Below are positions 39,913 through 49,180 of a DNA stretch of 49,180 bases, one piece after another. Position 1 is the first letter of the stretch, and each line of letters opens with the position of its first letter. Under the pieces are notes generated by a model. That model was not told the DNA's origin. It saw nothing but the letters and a program-made list of their open reading frames with translations, and did not search any database. The stretch spans positions 1 through 49,180 of the forward strand of contig NOWV01000318.1 of the NCBI GenBank assembly GCA_003344405.1, read 5' to 3'. This DNA comes from Trichoplax sp. H2. Taxonomy: Eukaryota. Position numbers and translations under genes: made by a program.

Positions 39913-40222
39913 ATTAGTCCATCATTCCGATTAGCCCTCGGCATTGTCCAACTTCCGATAGCTAAATAAATAAATTAATTAAATTCAATCGCATAAATTA
40001 AATTAAATAAATTACTGTTTAAATCAATGTTGTCACGGGCAATTTCCATTGCGCAGATGCTGAGGAGTAGAATTGCATCCAGTACTGGAAGGCAGCTTAA
40101 AATAAAATTAAATCAGAGGCTACTGCACACTCACAGTCAAGTACCTGAAGATCCGAGTATTTGTGATCAGAATTTGCCAACGTATGCTTTTGAACTGATC
40201 AGTGCGGCCATAATAGCGAAAC

Positions 40223-42174
40223 ATGAGTACCGGATTAAATACTATTGCAGCATTTTGCATCTTATCTTTGCTCTTTTGTTCGAATATGGATGCTTTGAAA
40301 ATCGCTGTTCTACCTATGCCTGCAAATAGCCATATCATATCCATGAAAACTGTTTCAGAAACACTGATAAAGAAAGGTCATCAGGTGGGATGTTGTAATA
40401 TTAGTGGTCTTCTACATGCTAATTTAATTTCCGAAATGATTAAGCTATCGTGTTCCTAAAATTTTCGCTAAATAATGAATGTAAACTACGCGTTGTTTAT
40501 GCCAAACAACGATCGTAATTGTGGAGGAGTCGCTAAATGGTGTTTTTAAAACTTACAAAATTTTCACTTTTACGGACACAATACGGGTATACGCATTTAC
40601 GTAATGTCTAATTAATTAATTCGATAATTAATTGTTACAGGTCAGCATAATCCTACCAGAAGACAAGTGTTCGATGGTGAATAAAATCCATACTATTCCA
40701 TTTAAGACGATGGAGCTTAAAGGCCTTCAAGGTGAAAACGAAGTGAATGGAATCGTGGGAATAGTGAAACTAATGTACTCCGTCCAAGGGACGTTTTGTC
40801 GTGACATGCTCCGTAATGGTACGATAAGTACGCTAATTAAAGATTATGATATCATCATCACCGACTCTATGTACCTTTGCAGCTTTATGCTCCCTCAAAT
40901 TGTTAACAAACGCAATATCATGATTGGTATACAAGGAACACTACTATCTCCTATTGGATATCCAGCCTATCCTAGTAATCCTGCTTATATACCTCAAATG
41001 GGAACGACTTATAGTTCGAAAATGAACTTTTTTCAACGTGTTAAAAACACAATAGCTGCATGCTTAAAAGAACTCGTAGTGTTTAACCTTATGAACTATT
41101 TAGCATACTCTATTAAACAAGAATTCAACATTAGACCCGATTTAGGATTTTATGAATTAATGTTATCGCCAGAAATGACTTTAGTAGCCGGAGATTTCGC
41201 TGTAGATTATGCACGACCTATACCGCCAAATATGAAACTAATAGGACCACTATCATGTGCACCAGCATCTCCATTACCTGAAGATCTAGAAAACTTTATG
41301 GAGAGTTCGGGAGAACGCGGTGTAGTTCTTGTATCTATGGGAACAATGTTTGAACTTCCTGAAAGCAGCATACCGACTCTATTAGCTGGTTTTAAAAGAC
41401 TTGAACAGAAAATTCTATGGAAAACTAAATTAAACGTTAAGAATCCTCCAGATAACGTTAAAATAGTAAGATGGATGCCACAAAATGATATTTTGGGTCA
41501 TCCAAAATTAAGAGCATTTGTAACTCACGGTGGATCAAAAGGCATATACGAAGCCTCTTATCACGGTGTTCCATTAATTGGTATACCGATACAAACCGAA
41601 CAGCAATTAAATATAGGAAAGGCAAAAGCTGCAGGGGTAGCTATAAGTCTGGACAAAAATAATCTTACACCTGACGTTATCGTTGAGGCAGTGGCAGAAA
41701 TTACTAACCCACGGTAGGTCAGGTTTTACCAAAATTAGTATTGTGTACTTATTACCAGGTGTCGTGACTTTATGTAGCACACGGGTATTTTGACTATACG
41801 TTATGATAAGAGTAGAAGTATGCTACATAATTTAGTTTCATAATTTAATGTAAGTTTGAATCACGTATTTACAATTACTGTTGCTCATTTACTATGTGTA
41901 AAGGTATAAAGGAAACGCTACTCGAATATCTAGGAGCATACAATCACGACCTATACCACCAAGAGAAGCTTTAGTACAATGGATCGAATATATTCATCAT
42001 AACGATGTCAGCCACTTAAAACCTGTAGAGCTTAATATGCCGTGGTATCAATACTATCTATTAGATGTAATAGCTTTTATTACATTTTGCATGTATTGTA
42101 TATTTAAGATATCCAAGTATTTGTTGTGTTGGTGCTGTTGTAACAGGAATGGAGATAAAGTAAAATATGATTAG
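40223..42174 (+). CDS. UGT: ER UDP-glycosyltransferase, copy E, intact
   Basis: Exons 40223-40384, 40641-41713 and 41904-42174 (YKGNATRISRSIQSRP...WYQYYLLDV...KVKYD*). Confidence 0.95.
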
Positions 42175-43465
42175 TGAAACGGGAGCTATTATTGTATAAT
42201 CATGCGAGTATTTGAAGGTTGAAGTTAACCTTAAAATTTTTAAGTTTTTGTAACAATGAAATAATTGTTAAATAATTTAAAAATTGCTACAACCTACAAA
42301 CAGTACAGATTCTTTGCTATTCATTGTTACTTATGCTATTTGGTAGTACTTCATATCTGAACAGTACCTTAGTCAAATTTTCTCTAATAGCTCATTGACG
42401 GATAGAATATGCGTTTAGCATCGATAGTATTTGCCTTTTTAATGTACTAATAATATTTTGCGCTGAGATTAACTAGTATTTCGGTATGATATATCTAAAT
42501 TTTGATATCTCAATAGTAAAATAAGGCCCAATGCAACTGGTTTGGATGATTTCTTTTAATACGAATTAATAAAACTGTAAATGTGAACTTCAAAATAGTT
42601 TACCAACTACAGCATCAGTAATGTATTGTATTGAATGTACAATAATGTTTTGAATAATTATATTCAGATTGTGATAGGCCTTTAAGTTTAATCTAGAATG
42701 GTGCAATAGATTATGATCATAATGGCAGTAGCGATATTATGATCATAAATAGTAAAGCTTGGTGATTAAAGTATTCTACTCCTATGTACTAGCTTAAGAA
42801 ATCGCTGTTATCATCATAGAGAATGCATTAAATATTATAATACTGTAGTAACAGCATTCACGTAAATGAATTCGAAATGCGGTTGTATCGAAAGTAAAAT
42901 ATTATAAATTCATTTATCGGAAAAGAAATGACAGTACTCGCTATACAATTTGTGATAAGGTAGGATTAGTTCGTAACGATAGTTTCGACAATCGCGTTTA
43001 TCTTAGAAATTTCTATGTAAATAGTCCACTAGATATTAGATCTATTTCCAGAATGTGACAAAAAAATTAATAATTAATACATTTGATTTGCTGCTACATA
43101 TAATCTTCACTCTTGATGTTCGGATAATTTAGACATAACCAAAACGTAACTAAAGTCCTTTAGCTTTAATATAATTTACCTAAAAGTTACATTACTTTCT
43201 AATTTTGCTTATTGTAACATTTAAAAGTGTAATTGTCCAGGAGACTTTCTTGGTTGATCAAATAGAAATACTTGATATTGTTCAATTCAATTATGACACT
43301 TTCAAAAATTCTCTTACTTATGCAACAATCGACCGTATAGAAAAGATAGATAATGTTAGAGAAATCTTAATTAGCCGTTACTTCTAAAGAAAGTTTCATG
43401 AAATTTCTTAACTCTTACAATATAGATAGCATTAGTATATATAGATAGAGATAGATAACATTTTT

Positions 43466-45937
43466 CTAATCTACTTTAGCTTTTGATTGAAATATCATTT
43501 TCGTACAAGCTTTCAACATTCGATAAATAATATAGAGTACAATTAGTACGAATAGCATAACATCTAGGTTGTATAGTTCGTAGAACCACAATTTCTCTCC
43601 TTCTACTTTTAGATGATGAGCTCCTTCCGCTTGCACAACGTATTCAATCCAGTCGACAATAGCATCTCTTGCCGTTCTTGGCGAGCTTTTGAGAATTTTA
43701 GATATTCTTTTGGCGTTTTCTCTGTATCTAAGCGTATATACATAAATGTAGACGTATAAAATCTTTAATCTGTATACATCACTTAAACAGGAGACATTAC
43801 TCATATACTGTATCTATCATTTATCATTCAATAAGAACTTAGATATTAAGCTATGTAGCATACAGACTTTACAACAACTGTATAAGTCTATTTAGGAACA
43901 GCACCTGACGAGATATGACGAGATATGTAGTCTAATATTTAACGACATCTTCGATAGAAATAATGTTAAATAATTCTTATTCAAAGAGTTATATAGAGTC
44001 TTACGGTACCTTTTATTGGCAGTGATTTCAGTAACTGCACTTGTAATATCGCTCATTGTGAATTTGTAAAAGTCTACATGAACTCCAATTTCGGCGCGAA
44101 TTATTCTGCGAATATTACCCATTTGCTCTTCCATAGCCGGCATTCCTATCATAGGTACACCATGATAGGCCCCTTCGTACACGCCATTTGAACCACAATG
44201 AGTGATAAAGGCAATAGTTTTGTTATGACCAAGAAGATCATTTTGAGGCATCCATTCGACAATTTTTACATTTTCAGGTACATGTTTAATTCTTTGCTTC
44301 GTTTTCCATATAATTTGATGAGGTAATTGACTTAGAGCTGCTACCATTTCCGTTAATTTATGATCTTGAATCTGAAGTTCACTACCTAACGACAGAATTA
44401 TAACACCTTGATCGCCGGAATTTTGCATAAATATTTCAAATGATTGAGGTAATGGCGAGGGTGGTACGGGTGTTAGCGGTCCTACAGTGTGAATATTTGG
44501 TGGTATAGGTACGGGATATTCGATAGCAAAGTCAAGAGTTGCTAAATAAACAGAAAATTTTCTACGTAACTCAAATAATGTTAAGTTTGTAGCAATATTA
44601 TGCTTAAATCTTAACGTATTAAGCATTTTAGAGGACCAATTTTTTATTATAGCTTCCATTCCTAAACCAACGATAACGTTCATTGCTCTTTGTAAGAAAC
44701 TCATATCCTTTGAAAACGGTCCTATCAGAGGTACATATGAATAAGGTGTATAAGCTCCCAGAAAGGTATGAAAGCCAACGATGCTTCCTGAGGTTGAAAC
44801 GTGTACCGACGGCTTGTTTAATACCTCCTTTAAAAGAAGACTACATACAAGTAAATCATCGGCGACAATAACATCGACATCTTGAAGTGATTGGATTAAC
44901 GTTTGATTCGATAGCATTGCATCACAATATCGTGTTTGTATATCACTGACATAACTTAGTGCTATAAATGGATTAGTGGTAGTAAATACTTTTTGAAGTT
45001 CAGCCTGAGTAAAGGGTCTTTCAATGTCATATAAGGCAAAAGCAGAAGTCTTTAATTTCTTAAGGACTTTAGGCTCATTTGAAATAATAGTAATAGGCTA
45101 GATCACAAAACCAACAAAAAATTAGTTTTTTCATTTCTTAATTCAAATCGTAGAGAATAGCAACTCAGGAAGGTATTATTGCTATAAAGATTCGTATTGA
45201 ATATTAAAAACTTATAAATTTTTCAATCCAATAGACTTTCATTTTTCAAAAAGGCAGTAACTGATGATATTCAATTCGGATACAATGCATCAATAATGTT
45301 TACAGTACTATCGATGACTACTTATGATTTTCTGTATGTATGAGCTATAATAAGATAATGAGTACATTCAAAAATTAAAGATTTCGGCTGATGAATGAAT
45401 TAATTTTTAAAATAGCATTAATCACTGTTTTGTTGCCTCTTATTTTCTTACGCATTACATATTTTTAAATCAGTTATTTCACTTGAATCGTACTGTTATA
45501 GGCTGATTAGTACAGCTTATCTTTTGGAAGGGATTGTAAAGTACTGTAATAATTCTACTGTATATCACTAAATTAATTTACTTTATTAATTTGATACTGA
45601 TCGTTAGAGGTTACTTATTCTATGACCCTATACTGAACTAATCACAGCTGCCAGTAGGTTATTAATACGTTATAAAATAGTATGAAGGAAAGGATAGTGA
45701 TGTAGAGTATTAGAAATATCGATATATCGTTGAGAAAATTGGCAAGACACATACCGTATGACCTCTTTTAATCAGATGTTGCGCAATGATATCCGCCGAT
45801 AAAGGATGGCTGCCAGCAATAAACGGCAATATAGCGACTTTTAACGACGATATACATGGCAATGCAAAGATTAATAGAATAAGTAATATGCTGGGCTTGT
45901 TGTTAAAGAAATGTCGGATCGGCTGGTTGTCAGGCAT
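43466..45937 (-). CDS. UGT: ER UDP-glycosyltransferase, copy F (second subfamily), intact
   Basis: Exons 45937-45755 (signal peptide, AGSH), 45097-44010 (WMPQNDLLGH...THCGSNGVYEGAYHGVP...EEQ) and 43727-43466 (WFYELYNLDV, TM, KAKVD*). Confidence 0.95.
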
Positions 45938-47099
45938 TTTTGGTTAGTCTGAGTGCATGGATCAGGTCTCAATATCACAATTACCTGGAAATTAGCTATC
46001 GTTTACTGCTGGCATGAAAAAGAAAGTGATTACTACACCAAATCTCTGCTGGCCTATCTTAACGATAGCACTTTAGTTTGCGTGATGATATGGTGGCCCC
46101 AAAACTGTGAACTATGGATTTGCGTCTGCGTAAAAGACGTCATTGCATTCAAAAAAGAATTTACTGATGCAATTAGATTGAAAATTTCATCCGTTCGAGG
46201 CTAGAAATTATCTCAATGTTTGCAATGATTTCGACGATTAGCAGCGTTTCTCTCCGTCAATTTAATAGGTCTTCAATTCAATTTTTTGTCAATTCGATAA
46301 AGACTATGACTTGCAGCTACTTAAGTAAACTATTAGCTAGCTGCAAATACTGTAAGTCTTATAGCAATGACTTACTATGATTCATTCAATTCTTCCTGAT
46401 GATGGTATATTAAGGATAATTTTGAATCTGGCCAAGAACTTGCTACTTGATTAATAGTAAGAAATAACTAAAATTTGAATTCGCTGACATAGAGAGAGTG
46501 AATTAGAAGTCTTAGAACTTGCGTGGAGTAAGAGGGAGATGAAGCGAGTTACAGTATAATGACTAATCATTTTATCCTTCTAATAATATCTTTCTTAATA
46601 TTTCGATAAATCTTACTACTCTATCAGTCGGACTATTATCGAATTACGCTATGGCTATGATACTTCGACTCTTGAGCTAACGCTTGGCTTGAAATACTTA
46701 TGGTCACGTTTTTAGATATATTAGAGAGGTATAAAAAAGAAACAGATGACAGCGATAATTGAAACTTTACTAGTAACTCAACTATTCTAATTATAATTAT
46801 TCTTGGTGTGACTACGATAATATAAGCTTACGCAAACACGAATAATAATTACATAATAGCTATTCATTCAATTTATTATTAGCATTATCCCAGTCCTTTA
46901 TACGCGCATGCACTCGCTTCTATTTGCCAAGCCTCTTTTTAACATCGGAGTTTCGGGACAGCGCCGCGCCGTTCCAACATCTTTCCTCACTTTTACGTTA
47001 TATAAGTCGAGCTTGTAACGTCTTTTATTGTAGTTATTCTTTAAAAGTAACTATTTTACTCCATATTTCTGACTTGGACATCTAAATTGATCGCTGACT

Positions 47100-49180
47100 A
47101 TGGGTAAAATCTGGACCTTTACGGGGTTATGCTTGCTGATTACTCTTGCATCGTTACCTTGCACACAATCCTTGAAAGTTGGTGTCTTACCCATGATTGG
47201 AGGAAGCCATACATTGTCTATGGACTTAATTACCCAACAAATAATCAAAAGAGGCCATGAAGTAAGCACGTTCAAAAATTTCTATACCTTAGATTCTAAC
47301 TAAGAACTAGCTAACATTAAGAGAGCCTACACATTTTCTACATTAATTTTCTAAAATTATACTAATAAAAGATCGTTCACGTTATTTTACCAGCACGAAT
47401 AAGTCTCAATCTTACTAAAAGAGTGCACCTTTTAAACATTAATTCTTTTATTCCTAGGCAGTTACAATTATATCGAACGAGTCTGATCGACTGAAAAAGC
47501 TGAAGCCTTCTCCTCTAGCTCTATTTGAAATCGATCGACCCGCAACCTCGGAAGATTTCCAGTCACTATTGATCTCGAGTGATCCATTATATCCTGTTTA
47601 TGGATTATATGATATACAGACACGCTATTGCGATGCTATCTTATCGAATAAAACTTTACTACAATCGATTCAAGATGTAGATATTGTAGTCAGTGATGGT
47701 ATCTACTTCTGCAGTATACTATTGCCTGAAGTATTGAACAAACCAAATATACAAATATCATTTTCCGGAGGAATCATAGGCTTCCATACCTTCGTAGGCC
47801 AGTATGAACCCAGTTCTTATATACCGCTACGAATCACACTATCTGCTTCTGGAAATGTAGAGAAAAAGATGGCATTTGCAGAACGAGCTGCTAATTTCAT
47901 CTTTGGTAAAATTTTTTTTGCCTTGATGGAATATTTTTCAGTGAGCGTAGTCAATAAATTAAGATTCAAGCACAATATCAGTACACATTTGACACTGCAT
48001 CAATTACGTCAAAAACCTTCATTATTTCTAACCGCAGTCGATTTCTCAATCGAATATACGAGACCATTACCACCTTATATTCAAGCCATAGGACCTATTA
48101 CTCCAAAGCCTGCATCGCCACTACCTCCAGCTTTCCAAACTATTATGCAGAATTCGACTAGTCGAGGCGTAGTTCTTGTATCTTTTGGTAGCGAACTTCA
48201 ACTGTCTGATGATAATTTACCGAAAATGACGGCAGCATTAGGCAAGTTACCCTATACAGTTATTTGGAAAACTAGACAAAAAATCGATAATATACCTAGT
48301 AATGTTAACGTAGTACAATGGGTACCTCAAAATGATATCCTTGGCCATCGTAAAACTATTGCATTTATAACACATTGTGGAAGTAACGGTTTATACGAAG
48401 GTGCATATCACGGAGTACCTATGATAGGGATGCCAGGAATGATAGAACAAAAAATGAATGCTAAAAGACTATTACGTGCAGGAGTTGCAATCTATGTGGA
48501 CTTTAACAACTTTAGCGAAGCAGATATTATTAACGCCGTGACGGAATTGGTCGAAAATAAGAGGTACTTAATTTAGCTTTTTAAGTTCAGAATTTTATCT
48601 TGTATGCTTTCTTAATAATCACACTTAAATTTGAATCTTTATCAAGACATAATGAATAATTATCTATATTTCTTCTACAAATACTGATCTTAAACTAGCT
48701 TGCTATAGAAGGGAACTATAAATTTTAAATAATACGCATTCTCTACTGTTCAATTATATTATAATGTGAAATATAAATTAATCTTAAACCGATACTGCTA
48801 TATTCTAAGCATTATCATCTTAGTTATACATAATTAATTATAGTACGAAGATACGTAAAAAATAGTAAGGATATCAGAGTAACAAGAAATCGACTTTAAA
48901 TATTTGTTTTAGATATAAGGACAACGCAGTTAAGATTTCCAAAGTTATAAAAAGTAGACGAAGATCGCCTACGGACACTGTTGTTGATTGGATTGAATAT
49001 GTTGTGGAAACAGACGGAGCTCATCATTTAAAAGTAGAGGGAGAAAATTTATGGTTTTATGAATTCTACAATTTAGATGTTTTACTAGTAGTTACAGCTA
49101 TAATCTATATTATTTATTGCGTGCTAGCATTTTTTATAAAAGCAATTTGTAGTTCAAAATCTAAAGCCAAAGTAGATTGA
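47100..49180 (+). CDS. UGT: ER UDP-glycosyltransferase, copy G (second subfamily), intact
   Basis: Exons 47100-47261, 47458-48563 (WVPQNDILGH...THCGSNGLYEGAYHGVP...IEQ) and 48913-49180 (WFYEFYNLDV, TM, KAKVD, TGA at the window end). Confidence 0.95.

Noticed and set aside
22826..42174. UGT1A-style alternative first exons spliced to shared constant exons
   Set aside because: Every exon 1 is followed by its own complete exons 2 and 3. Cross-copy splicing is phase-compatible, but nothing in the sequence supports it.

Overview
AT-rich eukaryotic (animal) genomic DNA with short GT-AG introns. Gene content and compactness suggest an early-branching metazoan such as a placozoan (inference). Left to right: (1) a minus-strand secreted ZP-domain gene that runs off the left edge; (2) head-to-head with it, a plus-strand signal peptide-kringle-8xEGF-ZP-furin site-TM gene; (3) a roughly 35-exon minus-strand RH-RhoGEF (PDZ-RGS-like-C1-DH-PH, ARHGEF11/12/RhoGEF2 family); (4) seven three-exon ER-type UDP-glycosyltransferase genes. 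Five of these (A-E) are tandem on +, two of them carry single disabling lesions, and a more distant pair (F/G) is head-to-head. The main signal is in UGT A-E: a near-identical core, a short hypervariable acceptor-binding segment, and 5' and 3' halves with different relationships. This looks like a variable/constant enzyme repertoire built by gene conversion and unequal crossing over. Intergenic DNA holds tandem repeats, hairpins, candidate nuclear-receptor sites and an excess of TAC(A/T)GTA heptamers. A 20-N gap with a false duplication lies in UGT-C. All gene models were spliced by hand and are unverified by transcripts. No rRNA, tRNA, CRISPR or transposase was recognised.
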